A stretch of 64,000 bases of DNA, from contig JAWOHR010000063.1 of assembly GCA_046485075.1 (NCBI GenBank), positions 1,521 through 65,520 of the forward strand, read 5' to 3'. The notes below the pieces were generated by a model. It had not been told where the DNA came from. It searched no databases and saw only the letters and a list, made by a program, of their open reading frames with translations. Below are positions 50,726-60,672 of the stretch, in pieces. Source of the stretch: Bacteroidales bacterium (GTDB taxonomy: Bacteria; Bacteroidota; Bacteroidia; Bacteroidales; GCA-2748055). Numbering within the stretch: the first letter of the stretch is position 1; the number at the start of each line of letters is the position of its first letter. Made by a program: the position numbers and the translations under genes.

Positions 50726-51775
50726 TTACAGGATCAGCATCGCATCACCATATGTTCCAAATTTATATCCCATTTTAATGGCCATCTTGTATGCATCCAT
50801 CAGAAAATTGTACCCTGCGAATGCAGATACCATCATCAGGAGCGTTGAGTATGGCAGGTGGAAATTGGAAACCATCCTGTTGGAGACGCTGAATTCATAG
50901 GGTGGAAAGATGAATTTATTGGTCCACCCGTCGTAATCCTTTAGATAGCCATCGGTCGATACAGAGCTCTCCAGGGTGCGCATGACCGTGGTGCCCACGG
51001 CGCAAATATTTTTTTTCTTCTCTTTTGCAGCATTTACCAACCTTACGGCCTCTTCCGTAATATGGATCCGTTCGGAGTCCATTTTGTGCTTGGTTAAATC
51101 CTCCACGTCAACTGTACGGAAGTTCCCCAGTCCCACGTGAAGGGTAATATATGCAAAGTCAATTCCCTTGATTTCCAATCGCTTCAGGAGTTCACGGCTG
51201 AAGTGCATCCCTGCGGTTGGGGCTGCAACTGCACCTTCGTGTTTTGCATAGACGGTTTGGTAGCGCTCTTTATCTTCCGGTTCCACCTTGCGTTCGATAA
51301 ATTTAGGCAGTGGGGTTTCTCCCAGGTCAAACAGGGTCTTTTTGAAATCATCATACTCACCGTCATAGAGGAAGCGCAGAGTTCTGCCCCGTGAGGTTGT
51401 ATTGTCGATCACCTCGGCAACCAGCAAATCATCTTCTCCAAAATAGAGCTTGTTTCCAATTCTGATTTTCCTGGCCGGATCAACAAGCACATCCCAGAGT
51501 CTCTGTTCACGGTTTAATTCCCTGAGCAGAAAGACTTCAATTTCGGCCCCGGTCTTCTCTTTGTTTCCATACAACCTGGCGGGAAAGACTTTGGTGTCAT
51601 TAAAAATCATCACATCCTGATCGTCAAAATATTCAATGATGTCACGGAAGGTCTTGTGATCAATGGTTTGTGTTTTTCGATCCAGAACCATGAGCCTGGA
51701 TTCGTCCCTGTTTTTAGAAGGGAATTTAGCGACAAGATTGGTTGGTAAATCGAATTTGTATTGGGATAACTTCAT
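50726..51775 (-). CDS. queA: tRNA preQ1(34) S-adenosylmethionine ribosyltransferase-isomerase
   Basis: The [19 protein letters not shown] start, AAPTAGMHF and [11 protein letters not shown] are QueA signatures. Confidence 0.9.
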   Translation of the reverse strand: MKLSQYKFDLPTNLVAKFPSKNRDESRLMVLDRKTQTIDHKTFRDIIEYFDDQDVMIFNDTKVFPARLYGNKEKTGAEIEVFLLRELNREQRLWDVLVDPARKIRIGNKLYFGEDDLLVAEVIDNTTSRGRTLRFLYDGEYDDFKKTLFDLGETPLPKFIERKVEPEDKERYQTVYAKHEGAVAAPTAGMHFSRELLKRLEIKGIDFAYITLHVGLGNFRTVDVEDLTKHKMDSERIHITEEAVRLVNAAKEKKKNICAVGTTVMRTLESSVSTDGYLKDYDGWTNKFIFPPYEFSVSNRMVSNFHLPYSTLLMMVSAFAGYNFLMDAYKMAIKMGYKFGTYGDAMLIL

Positions 51776-51836
51776 TTTCAGGGATATGATTATGGAATAA
51801 TTGCGAGCCTCGTTATACGTAAGAAACCCAAATTTG

Positions 51837-52538
51837 TTACAAAAGTTTAATATTTTCTATAAAGTTTTCCAAAGATATGGCATTTTCTACCTTATATGGA
51901 CCAATTCTTGTTCGCCGCAAGCCAACCAGGTGCCCCCCCGAATTCAGCGCTTCACCAAGGTCACGGGCAAGGGAACGAATATAGGTACCCTTGCTGCATT
52001 CCACTTGAACAGTGAGGTTGGGAAGTTGGATGGATTGTAGCTCCAGACTGTGAATGGTGACAGGATGTTTTTTTAATTCCACCTCTTTGCCTTTTCGGGC
52101 CATTGCATAGGCCCTTTTCCCATCCACACTTTTTGCTGAAAAGATGGGGGGCATCTGTTCCTGATCTCCTGTAAATTTTATCAATGCCTGGTCAACCATC
52201 TCCCTGGTGATATGTTCCCATGGGAAGGTAAAATCGACTTCACTTTCCAGATCGAACGATGGGGTGGTAGCCCCCAGCCTGATTTGCGCGAGGTAAGCCT
52301 TATCCAGGTCCTGGAACTGCATGATGTTTTTGGTGGCTCTGCCTGTGCAGATAATTACCAGTCCCGTGGCCAGTGGATCGAGGGTTCCGGCATGCCCCAC
52401 CTTGATTTTTTTAATGCCCAGGTGGGTCTTGAGTAACTTCCTGATTTTATTAACCACATCAAAAGAGGTCCAGGTCAGTGGCTTATCAATAAAAAGGACG
52501 CGCCCCTCCAGGTATGTTTCAGAATTACTGAAATCCAT
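51837..52538 (-). CDS. truB: tRNA pseudouridine(55) synthase
   Basis: [16 protein letters not shown] contains the catalytic Asp motif. The [12 protein letters not shown] segment is also present. Confidence 0.9.
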   Translation of the reverse strand: MDFSNSETYLEGRVLFIDKPLTWTSFDVVNKIRKLLKTHLGIKKIKVGHAGTLDPLATGLVIICTGRATKNIMQFQDLDKAYLAQIRLGATTPSFDLESEVDFTFPWEHITREMVDQALIKFTGDQEQMPPIFSAKSVDGKRAYAMARKGKEVELKKHPVTIHSLELQSIQLPNLTVQVECSKGTYIRSLARDLGEALNSGGHLVGLRRTRIGPYKVENAISLENFIENIKLL

Positions 52539-52542
52539 TCAT

Positions 52543-53328
52543 TCAGGATATTATGATTGCGATGATGCCTACTACAGCACAGTAAAGCGCGAACCAATAG
52601 AGATTGCCCCTTTTTACAAGACGGATCATCCAGGTGCATGCCAGGAATCCGGATATATAAGCGGCAATGAAGCCAATAATCAGAGGGCCGGCAGATATGG
52701 AGGGTCCAGGGGTTGAGGATGAAAAAGAGAGGATATCAAGCAAAGCAGCCCCTATGATGGGAATCAATACCATTAAAAATGAAAATCTCGCCACTTCGCC
52801 GCGGTCATTTTTAAGAAGGAGGCCGGTTGAGATGGTTGCTCCCGACCTTGAAAGTCCGGGTATGACCGCTATGGCCTGGGCGATCCCCATGAGCAGCGCA
52901 TCCAGGAAAGGGATTTTTTTGGTCCCTGGTTTCACAAGCTGGGTGGAGATAAGCAGCGCTGCTGTCACAAGCAGGGCTCCGCCCACCAGATGGAGGTTAC
53001 CCGAAAAAAGGGATTCCACCTCCTCTTTAAACAATATACCCACAATCAAAACCGGAACCATGGAGAGCAGGATTTTCGCCACATATTTTGTCTCGGCATT
53101 CCATTGAAAGGCAAAGAGTCCCCGTGTCAGTTCCCTGATCTCCCTGAAGAAAACGGTAATGGTGCTTAGGACGGTTGCAAAGTGTACCAGAACGGTGAAG
53201 GTTATGTCCTCCTTAACTTCAACATTTAACAGGACCTTCCCGATCTCCAGGTGTCCGCTGCTACTGACAGGCAAAAATTCTGTAAGTCCCTGGATCAAAC
53301 CAAGAATCAGCGCCTCAATCCAGGTCAT
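52543..53328 (-). CDS. uppP: undecaprenyl-diphosphate phosphatase
   Basis: GLIQGLTEFLPVSSSGHL and PGLSRSGATI are BacA/UppP motifs. There are 8 TM helices. Confidence 0.9.
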   Translation of the reverse strand: MTWIEALILGLIQGLTEFLPVSSSGHLEIGKVLLNVEVKEDITFTVLVHFATVLSTITVFFREIRELTRGLFAFQWNAETKYVAKILLSMVPVLIVGILFKEEVESLFSGNLHLVGGALLVTAALLISTQLVKPGTKKIPFLDALLMGIAQAIAVIPGLSRSGATISTGLLLKNDRGEVARFSFLMVLIPIIGAALLDILSFSSSTPGPSISAGPLIIGFIAAYISGFLACTWMIRLVKRGNLYWFALYCAVVGIIAIIIS

Positions 53329-53578
53329 TCTCTGAAGATTTGGGCTTCTTCATGATGGCCCAGATTTCGAAAATGAATCCTGCCAGGACCACCATGGGGG
53401 CCAGGGTGATGCGGCGGAAACTGAATATTTCTTCTTCGTTGAATACATTGGGATCTTCCGATTTTCCTCCCATCATCAGGATGAAACCAAGGACAATGAT
53501 GGCAAATCCGATTACCAGGAGTTTGTAGTTTTCCTTACCCAATGCAAAACTCTCTTTGCCCTTATTATTTTTACTCAT
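53315..53578 (-). CDS. DUF3098-like small membrane protein
   Basis: 87 aa with two TM helices. It sits in the conserved ftsX - small membrane gene - uppP - truB arrangement known from Bacteroidota. Confidence 0.6.
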   Translation of the reverse strand: MSKNNKGKESFALGKENYKLLVIGFAIIVLGFILMMGGKSEDPNVFNEEEIFSFRRITLAPMVVLAGFIFEIWAIMKKPKSSENDLD

Positions 53579-53590
53579 TTCGTGCTGTAT

Positions 53591-54466
53591 TTAATAAAGC
53601 TTATCAGTCTTTATGTTAAGATACTTATTGACTGCAAAAAAGGTGGAGACAAAATTAATCAGTATTCCAGTGATAATTACGCCCAGGGCAAGAATGGCCA
53701 GCAGATCATAATCTTTCAGGGAGATAAATCCTTCAAACTCCTCCTGCAGCAGGTATACCAGGCCAAACAGGATAACCAGGGAGATCAGGCTGGCGCTAAA
53801 GCCACTTGCAGCTCCACGGTAAAGAAAGGGCTTGCGAATGAACCCCCTCGTTGCACCCACAAGTTGCATGGTATTGATGATAAATCGTTTGGAATAGATG
53901 GATAACCGGATTGTATTGTTGATCAGGGTCACCGAGATCAGCGTCAGGAGAATTGAAAATCCGAGGATCACCAGCGAAATCTGCCTGATGTTCTCATTAA
54001 TGGCATAGAGCAGTGACTTTTTATAATAGACCTCCTCGATGGAGTCATATTGCAGAAGGTCCTGTTCAATCATCATAACAGAGTCGGGGTTGGCCCACGG
54101 TTGATGCAGCCTTACCCTGATGGACGGGGGCAGCGGATTATAGCCCAGAAAGTGGATGAAATCCTCACCCAGCATCTGCTCAGTCTCCAGTGCAGCTTCT
54201 TCTTTGGTAATATATTCAGTGGAAAGTATATATGGTCTTGCATCGAGAATTTTCTGGAGCTGGTAGATATCTGCCTCCTTGATGTTCTCCTTGAGGATCA
54301 CATTGAATCCAATGCTCTCCATAACCTGTTTGCGTATATTCCGCCCGTTTACCAGTAAAAGCCCAACCAGGCCAATTAAAAGTAATACAAGTGAAATGCT
54401 TATCATTGAGGTTATTGCCGAACTTCGGATCCTCCTTGAATATGTCCTGTTTTCTTTCTTTGACAT
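53591..54466 (-). CDS. ftsX: cell division protein FtsX-like permease
   Basis: 291 aa with an N-terminal TM helix, a periplasmic loop and three C-terminal TM helices. The LVGATRGFIRKPF motif is present. Confidence 0.8.
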   Translation of the reverse strand: MSKKENRTYSRRIRSSAITSMISISLVLLLIGLVGLLLVNGRNIRKQVMESIGFNVILKENIKEADIYQLQKILDARPYILSTEYITKEEAALETEQMLGEDFIHFLGYNPLPPSIRVRLHQPWANPDSVMMIEQDLLQYDSIEEVYYKKSLLYAINENIRQISLVILGFSILLTLISVTLINNTIRLSIYSKRFIINTMQLVGATRGFIRKPFLYRGAASGFSASLISLVILFGLVYLLQEEFEGFISLKDYDLLAILALGVIITGILINFVSTFFAVNKYLNIKTDKLY

Positions 54467-54499
54467 AGCCTGAAAAATGGCTGGGGCAAAGATAGGAAT

Positions 54500-55516
54500 T
54501 TAATCAAGAATCTTGGTCCATCCGAACGGATCTTCGAGGTCTCCGGTCTGGATTCCCACCAGGGTTTTGTAAAGCCTGGTGGTAACAGGTCCCGGATTGT
54601 CTGCATCCCCGAAGGTATAGGTTACATTTTTTTCCAGGTCAGCCATCCTGTGAATGGGGGTAATTACTGCAGCAGTTCCACATGCACCGGTTTCATCAAA
54701 GTCGGCCAGTTCCTCCAGAGGGACAGGGCGCACCTCCACTTTCATTCCAAAGCTTTCGGCCAGGGTCTGAAGGCTCTTATTGGTAATGGACGGCAGTATG
54801 GATTGGGATTTTGGTGTGACATAAGTATTATCCCTGATTCCGAAGAAGTTGGCCGGTCCGCATTCATCGATGTACTTTTTCTCTTTGGCATCGAGGTAGA
54901 CGGCTGTTGCGTATCCCTTTTCATGTGCCTCATGGATGGAAGTCATACTGGCCGCATAGTTACCTCCCACTTTGAGATGTCCTGTTCCAAGGGGGGCAGC
55001 GCGGTCATGATCCCTGCAGATCATCATATCAACCGGTTTAAAGCCTGATTTGAAATAGGGCCCCACCGGCATGACGAATACCAGAAATGTGTATTCCCTG
55101 GCCGGCCTGACACCCACTTCCGCACCGGTTCCAATCAACAGGGGCCGGATGTAAAGCGAGGCACCTGATCCATAGGGGGGTACGAATTTTTTGTTAAGCA
55201 GCACCACCTTTTCAACAGCATGCATGAACAAATCAACCGGTACTTCGGCCATTAAAACCCCCTGGGCAGATCTGATCATCCTTTTGGCATTTTCATCATG
55301 TCTGAACAGCCTGATCTTCCCGTCGGCCCCTCTGAAAGCCTTGAGTCCTTCAAAGGACTCCTGGCCGTAATGGAGGCAGGTGGCACCAATGTGAATGGGG
55401 AAGGTTTCATCGGCAGATACCTCCAGTTCGCCCCATTTCCCGTCGCGGTAAACGCACCGGACATTGTAATCGGTTTTCATGATATTAAACCCGAGGTTTT
55501 TCCAGTCAAGATCCAT
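54500..55516 (-). CDS. ilvE: branched-chain amino acid aminotransferase (fold type IV)
   Basis: 338 aa. YGQESFEGLKAFR, LYIRPL and the GxGxxKxGGNY-like segment (GTGHLKVGGNYAAS) are class IV aminotransferase signatures. Confidence 0.85.
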   Translation of the reverse strand: MDLDWKNLGFNIMKTDYNVRCVYRDGKWGELEVSADETFPIHIGATCLHYGQESFEGLKAFRGADGKIRLFRHDENAKRMIRSAQGVLMAEVPVDLFMHAVEKVVLLNKKFVPPYGSGASLYIRPLLIGTGAEVGVRPAREYTFLVFVMPVGPYFKSGFKPVDMMICRDHDRAAPLGTGHLKVGGNYAASMTSIHEAHEKGYATAVYLDAKEKKYIDECGPANFFGIRDNTYVTPKSQSILPSITNKSLQTLAESFGMKVEVRPVPLEELADFDETGACGTAAVITPIHRMADLEKNVTYTFGDADNPGPVTTRLYKTLVGIQTGDLEDPFGWTKILD

Positions 55517-55605
55517 GATTATTAAAATTATTGATTAAGCAGGAATCAAAAGTAATCATTCAAACCCTGAGCACCAATTCAGAATTCATGTTGTTGAAGG
55601 ATGTT

Positions 55606-58600
55606 TTATATCCATCTCTCCTGTTCAAGGGAGTCTTGTTGCACTTCTCCGGGGACCTCCCGGAGCCGCCTGGCAGCGACGGTGAAAAAGTCGAAGGTAT
55701 AGAGAAGCTCCAATTGTTGTTTTTTAAATTGCTGACCATTCAGGTTTGCGCCGGTCTCAACCATCTCTTTGTAGAGCAATTTTATCCTGTCGGTATAATC
55801 TGGCCGGCCGATAAACTCCATTTTGGCATCGATAAGAATTTTTTCCAGCAGGTTGTTAGGCTGGAAGGGAAGTTTGGTCGACATGATCAGGTTGCAGATC
55901 CTGTCAATCTGTAATTCGGAATATTTATAATGATGCAGGAGCTCTCGGGCTATGACCGATGATCTGTTCTCGTAATTTGAGTATGCCTGGGTTAAACCTG
56001 TATAGAGCATTAGGGCAGCGGTTCTTACCAGGAGGCGGTCCTCCTGCTCCACCTCCTCGGCCCGGCAAAGCAGAAACGCCTGGTTGTAGACCTTTCGTGC
56101 ATAATCAATGTTGTGAAAATAGAGGTTGTCGGGCAGGTTGGACAGGATGGTTTCGAATACACGCTCTTCCAGGTCTCCAAGCCTGAGCAGCTGCAGTTTC
56201 GTAAAAAACCTTTTATTTGGAATGCCCTTCAGATCCACCGACAGTTCTGGCCGGAGACCGGTAACAAAATACATATCAATGTTCCCTTTATACTTCACCG
56301 GAAGCCTGCCCCTGTATTCACAGATGAAGTAGTCCTTAACCATCCCATAGGTGATTCCCGATATATTTACTTTACCGGGAATCCCGGAGGACTCCATTCG
56401 CGAAGCTGTATTTACTGTATCTCCCCAGATGTCGTACGACACCTTTTTGTGACCTACCACTCCTGCAATGACCGGACCCGTATGAATGCCGATCCGTAAA
56501 TCCCAGATGTCGGTTTTTGTTGTTTTCAGTTTTTGCATATATGCCTGCATTTCCAGGGCTGCAAGTACCACTTCGACCGGGTTCGTACTGTTTTTTTCCG
56601 GAATTCCCCCGGCTGCCATATAGGCATCACCTATGGTTTTAATCTTTTCGATATTATACTTTTCAACCACCGAATCGAAATGGAAAAAGAACTGGTCCAG
56701 TTCATCAATAAGTGCTTCGGGATTCATCTCTTCAGCAATCTTGGTGAAACCCTGGATATCTGAAAAGAGTACCGTAGCCCTTTCATACTTATCCCATTTT
56801 GCTTTGCCCTCCAGTCGCATCTGTTGTGCGGTTCGGTCGGGCAAAATATCCGCCACTATTCTATCTGATTTTTCTTTCTCATGGGTCAGGTCATCCAATT
56901 TTGACTGCATACGCTGGGATACCCTTGATTCGGCCTGGCGATAACTTAACAGCCTCAATTTCCGGATTATAAAAAGGGCAATTAACAGGGTTAATCCATA
57001 AAACGCATAGGCATACCAGGAGCTGTAAAACGGAGCTTTTATGCTGAAATGAATCTTAGCTGTTTCCGAAATTCTGCCATAGAGATCTTTTGATTGGGCA
57101 TAGAGGGTGTATGACCCGGGCTTCAAACGGTTGAAAATCAAATTTCTGGATGTACTCCAATCTGACCAATTCTGCAACTCGGGAACAAGTCTGTATCTGA
57201 ATTCGGGTACAGGGTTGCTCTGAAACTCCAGCCCTGAAATCCGAATTGCGGCCGACGCATCGGCCAGAGAGCCGTTATCCAGTTCGATCAGGGGAGGCTG
57301 TATGACCTTTTCAGGGGGTAGTAATCTGAGATTAAAAAGCAGGATCTTGTCCATCCCGGTAAGGTAAAGCACACTGTCCCTCAGGTTCAGTTCAACGATC
57401 TCGCCAAGGTTCTGAAGAACCGGGTAGGAGAGTTCTTCTGTATCTTTTGTTTTACCTGCCTTTGTATGCAGAATGTCGGTCTTGTATGGTCCCTGGTGGC
57501 GTACCATCCAGTGCCCACTGTTTTCGTCGGTGATGAGGATGTCGGATGCCGATATCATACAGGCCATTTGTTCATTTTCAACAGGAAGGAATAACGCTTC
57601 ACTTTTGTCGAAACGGTATACCCCCACATCTGTAATCAGGTAGAGCTGATTGTCAACCGTGACCAGTTTATGGAGGAGGTCATCCCGCAGGAAAGGGATG
57701 GTTCTGATCCCATCCAGGGTTCCCGGTAGCATGTGGACCTCGTTTTTGCATATCACGAAAATATGGTCTTTAAGTCTTGCGAAGGAAAAGGAGTTGCTGT
57801 GTAAGGTGTCATACCATATTCTTGACCACCCATTCGGGGTTCTCTGAAAGCTTTCCAATCCATCCTCTCCCGATACTACCACCAGCTCCGGGCTGATGGC
57901 TTGCAATCCGGTAAAGCTCCCGGTTGCAACCTCATCCAATACTTCTTCATGTATGGATACCAGGCGGCCCGATCCGGCTGCAAATATTGTGGTTCCGGCA
58001 CTCGTAACCAGGTGGAATGAACCTGCCTGGTTGCCTGTCATATTCCTGATGTTCCACGCTCCCCCTTTGCTCCCAACAGGCTCAGCAAAAAAGAGGCCCA
58101 GACTTGTACCCAGAATGATGCTCCTGCCGGAACTTTCGGAAGTATAGATCCGGCCAAAATCTTCCGGAGCCAACCGGAGGAAACTGAGTGTGGACGGGTG
58201 GCTTATTTTATGGAGCGAATAGCTCCCGAGAATCCATAATTCATCTCCTGCGCATTTGCTTACCTGTTGGATAGTATTGCCGGCCAGACCGCCCCCGATT
58301 CCAAGTGCAGCAGCGATATTCCCCTTCCGGTCCAGGATCACAAGCCCCTGCTTTTTGGAAATGGCAATCACCTCATTTATTGTAAGATAATCCAGAAACG
58401 ATATATCTTGATTGCGTTCAAGCTCACCCGGAATCATCAGGAGGGAATCCTGGATCATTTCCGGTTCAGTCATTTTATGAAAACCATCCCCGGTCCAACT
58501 ATGAATTTCCAGTTGGTTCATCCTTAGTATCAGGTGGCCATTAATAAAGTGGAGCCTTCCCTCGTTACCCGGGAATGGATGGTATTTAATTTGCTCTTCC

Positions 58601-59076
58601 TGGAATTGGTAAATACCCCTGTCGGTATTTGCGAATACGGCTTGATCCAGGCAGATCAGCTGGGAGGGTATGAAATCACGATTTGCCCTGGAGATACGGT
58701 CTTTTTGAGAGCGGACAGTGAATTTGCCTGATTTATCCTTCAATATATACCCCATGTCATTCTCACAGGCAAAGTAGATTGTATCGGATCCATTACCCGA
58801 AATATAAACAGGGCCGTCCATGCCGAGGTGACTGGTGTTATTCCCGCTGATGATGTTAATTCCGTTATCTTTCCCTATATAAAGATCGGCGTTCCCATCC
58901 AGGTAAAACGATTGGTTGGGAATATCGGCAAATTCCTGAGGCAGATTTATCTCCTGTATCCAGGGATGCGGAAAGAGGGTGTAATCCTGAGCAATACCAC
59001 GGGTGAAGCTGGATTCACAAGCTATGACAAGAAAAAAAATCAAGCTGATTCTATATGACTTGATAAATAAATTCAT
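55606..59076 (-). CDS. sensor adenylate/guanylate cyclase: periplasmic propeller-like region + Y_Y_Y domain + TM helix + class III cyclase + degenerate HD-like C-terminal domain
   Basis: 1156 aa. The Y_Y_Y-type segment is EFRYRLVPELQNWSDWSTSRNLIFNRLKPGSYTLYAQSKD. A TM helix spans about aa 686-705. The cyclase core is ATVLFSDIQGFT ... KTIGDAYMAAGG ... IGIHTGPVIAGVVG ... YDIWGDTVNTASRMES. The last roughly 190 aa resemble an HD-domain scaffold. Confidence 0.85.
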   Translation of the reverse strand: MNLFIKSYRISLIFFLVIACESSFTRGIAQDYTLFPHPWIQEINLPQEFADIPNQSFYLDGNADLYIGKDNGINIISGNNTSHLGMDGPVYISGNGSDTIYFACENDMGYILKDKSGKFTVRSQKDRISRANRDFIPSQLICLDQAVFANTDRGIYQFQEEQIKYHPFPGNEGRLHFINGHLILRMNQLEIHSWTGDGFHKMTEPEMIQDSLLMIPGELERNQDISFLDYLTINEVIAISKKQGLVILDRKGNIAAALGIGGGLAGNTIQQVSKCAGDELWILGSYSLHKISHPSTLSFLRLAPEDFGRIYTSESSGRSIILGTSLGLFFAEPVGSKGGAWNIRNMTGNQAGSFHLVTSAGTTIFAAGSGRLVSIHEEVLDEVATGSFTGLQAISPELVVVSGEDGLESFQRTPNGWSRIWYDTLHSNSFSFARLKDHIFVICKNEVHMLPGTLDGIRTIPFLRDDLLHKLVTVDNQLYLITDVGVYRFDKSEALFLPVENEQMACMISASDILITDENSGHWMVRHQGPYKTDILHTKAGKTKDTEELSYPVLQNLGEIVELNLRDSVLYLTGMDKILLFNLRLLPPEKVIQPPLIELDNGSLADASAAIRISGLEFQSNPVPEFRYRLVPELQNWSDWSTSRNLIFNRLKPGSYTLYAQSKDLYGRISETAKIHFSIKAPFYSSWYAYAFYGLTLLIALFIIRKLRLLSYRQAESRVSQRMQSKLDDLTHEKEKSDRIVADILPDRTAQQMRLEGKAKWDKYERATVLFSDIQGFTKIAEEMNPEALIDELDQFFFHFDSVVEKYNIEKIKTIGDAYMAAGGIPEKNSTNPVEVVLAALEMQAYMQKLKTTKTDIWDLRIGIHTGPVIAGVVGHKKVSYDIWGDTVNTASRMESSGIPGKVNISGITYGMVKDYFICEYRGRLPVKYKGNIDMYFVTGLRPELSVDLKGIPNKRFFTKLQLLRLGDLEERVFETILSNLPDNLYFHNIDYARKVYNQAFLLCRAEEVEQEDRLLVRTAALMLYTGLTQAYSNYENRSSVIARELLHHYKYSELQIDRICNLIMSTKLPFQPNNLLEKILIDAKMEFIGRPDYTDRIKLLYKEMVETGANLNGQQFKKQQLELLYTFDFFTVAARRLREVPGEVQQDSLEQERWI

Positions 59077-59138
59077 AACTTGGGAACTGTGCGGTTTCCA
59101 TGGAAGATAGGTACAATCAAAAATATAAAAATATATTT

Positions 59139-59978
59139 ATGGAAAAGTTAGAAAGGCCTATTATCGTACCGTGGGACTTCTCACAGGTAGCTGAGAATGC
59201 TTTTCAGCACGCAGTAAATATTTCCAAATCCCTGAACAGGGAAATTCTCCTTCTTCATATTGTACAGGATATGAAGAGTGCTGTGTCCAAAAAGAGTGAA
59301 CTGGATGCTGATGCAGAAAGGCTGGGAAAGGAATCCGGGAACAGGCCTCATACCGAAGTGGTTGAAGGAAATATCTTTCATGCCATCGGAAAGACAGCCA
59401 AGGACCTGAAGGCCGAGATGATCATTATGGGTACCCATGGGCTGAAGGGAGCTCAGAAACTTTTTGGCAGCAGGGCCCTTAAAGTGGTGGTCTCCTCAAG
59501 GATTCCATTTGTGATTGTTCAGGATAAGCCGGTGAAGGAGAGGATCGATACCATCCTTTTACCCATAGATTTTAAAACTGAGAACAAGGAAAAGGCCAAC
59601 TGGATCTACTATCTTGCCAGGAATTTTGGATCAAAATTTGTGATCCTGAAGTCAAAATCCAAAGACAAAGGATTCCGCAAAAGGACCCTTTCTAATATCA
59701 GGTACATTGAATCATTTCTGAAGGGACATGATGTGGCCTATGAGATTGTCACCGCACAGGGTGAGCAGTCCTTCAAAAAGGAGATCGTAAGCTATGCCAA
59801 AAGCCATTCGGCAGACCTGATCCTTGTGATGGCCACCAGGGACATTAATTGGGCTGACTATTTATTGGGAGCCCCGGAACAGTATCTGATCGCCAACCCC
59901 GAAGGGTTGCCTGTTATGTGCATGAATCCGAAGCCAGCAAAAATTGCAGGTGGATTCAGTTCAACCGGAGGATCATGA
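59139..59978 (+). CDS. tandem universal stress protein (UspA family)
   Basis: There are two Usp-like halves. The first ends IIMGTHGLKGAQKLFGSRALKVV, the ATP-binding-type G-2x-G-9x-G(S/T) region. I moved the start from 59100 to MEKLERPIIVPWDFS. Confidence 0.8.
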   Translation: MEKLERPIIVPWDFSQVAENAFQHAVNISKSLNREILLLHIVQDMKSAVSKKSELDADAERLGKESGNRPHTEVVEGNIFHAIGKTAKDLKAEMIIMGTHGLKGAQKLFGSRALKVVVSSRIPFVIVQDKPVKERIDTILLPIDFKTENKEKANWIYYLARNFGSKFVILKSKSKDKGFRKRTLSNIRYIESFLKGHDVAYEIVTAQGEQSFKKEIVSYAKSHSADLILVMATRDINWADYLLGAPEQYLIANPEGLPVMCMNPKPAKIAGGFSSTGGS

Positions 59979-60002
59979 AGTTTACTTTTTTCGTAATTTC
60001 AG

Positions 60003-60030
60003 GGCCATTTTCATAATGGCCTTTTTTTTT
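60003..60030 (+). terminator. Rho-independent terminator after the USP gene, with its T-run abutting the rdgB ATG
   Basis: GGCCATT-ttcat-AATGGCC is followed by T9, and the ATG at 60031 comes immediately after. Confidence 0.7.
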
Positions 60031-60630
60031 ATGAAGGAGATCGTATTTGCAACAAATAATCCCCACAAGCTTGGAGAGATCAGCGAAATGCTTTCCGGCA
60101 GATTTAAGCTCTTGGGATTGAAAGAGCTTGGAATGAATGAAGATATCCCTGAGGATCACCATACCCTGAAGGAAAATGCATCTCAGAAAGCATGGTATAT
60201 TTACCGGAAAACTGGCCGCAATTGTTTTGCGGATGATACGGGCCTTGAAGTGGATTCGCTGGGCGGGGCTCCGGGGGTTTATTCAGCCAGGTATTCCCGC
60301 ATCGGTACCACTATTTTTCCGGACTTATCTCCGGCAGAGGGGAATATTAAAAAGTTACTCCTGGAGATGAAGGGGGTCAAAAACAGGAGTGCAAGGTTCC
60401 GGACCGTTATTGCACTCATCGTGGATGGGATTGAGCATCAGTTTGAAGGGATCTGTGAAGGAGTAATCACCGAAATACCTTCCGGTTCAAAGGGGTTCGG
60501 ATATGATCCGCTCTTCAGGCCGGATGGTTACACCAAATCTTTTGCTGAGATGGACCCGGAAGAAAAAAACAGCATCAGTCACCGTGCAAAAGCTGTTCTG
60601 GCACTTGTACAATTTTTAAAGAAGATGTAA
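60031..60630 (+). CDS. rdgB: non-canonical purine NTP pyrophosphatase (RdgB/HAM1 family)
   Basis: The MKEIVFATNNPHKLGEI start, FADDTGLEVD, GFGYDPLF and SHRAKA motifs. The ORF-track start at 59944 lies inside the USP 3' end and the terminator, so I moved the start to 60031. Confidence 0.9.
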   Translation: MKEIVFATNNPHKLGEISEMLSGRFKLLGLKELGMNEDIPEDHHTLKENASQKAWYIYRKTGRNCFADDTGLEVDSLGGAPGVYSARYSRIGTTIFPDLSPAEGNIKKLLLEMKGVKNRSARFRTVIALIVDGIEHQFEGICEGVITEIPSGSKGFGYDPLFRPDGYTKSFAEMDPEEKNSISHRAKAVLALVQFLKKM

Positions 60631-60672
60631 TATGTTCATTGAATTTCCGTATTTATAGAAAGTCGAGCGTGT

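Noticed and set aside
53591-54466. ftsX without an adjacent ftsE ATPase gene as a possible anomaly.
   Set aside because: The ftsX - small membrane protein - uppP - truB arrangement without ftsE is, to my knowledge, the normal layout in Bacteroidota.
55606-59076. The cyclase as part of a Pycsar- or CBASS-like cyclic-nucleotide defence system.
   Set aside because: Its architecture is that of a large transmembrane sensory cyclase. There is no adjacent cNMP-binding effector, TIR, patatin, endonuclease or TM effector gene. The neighbours are ilvE and a USP gene.
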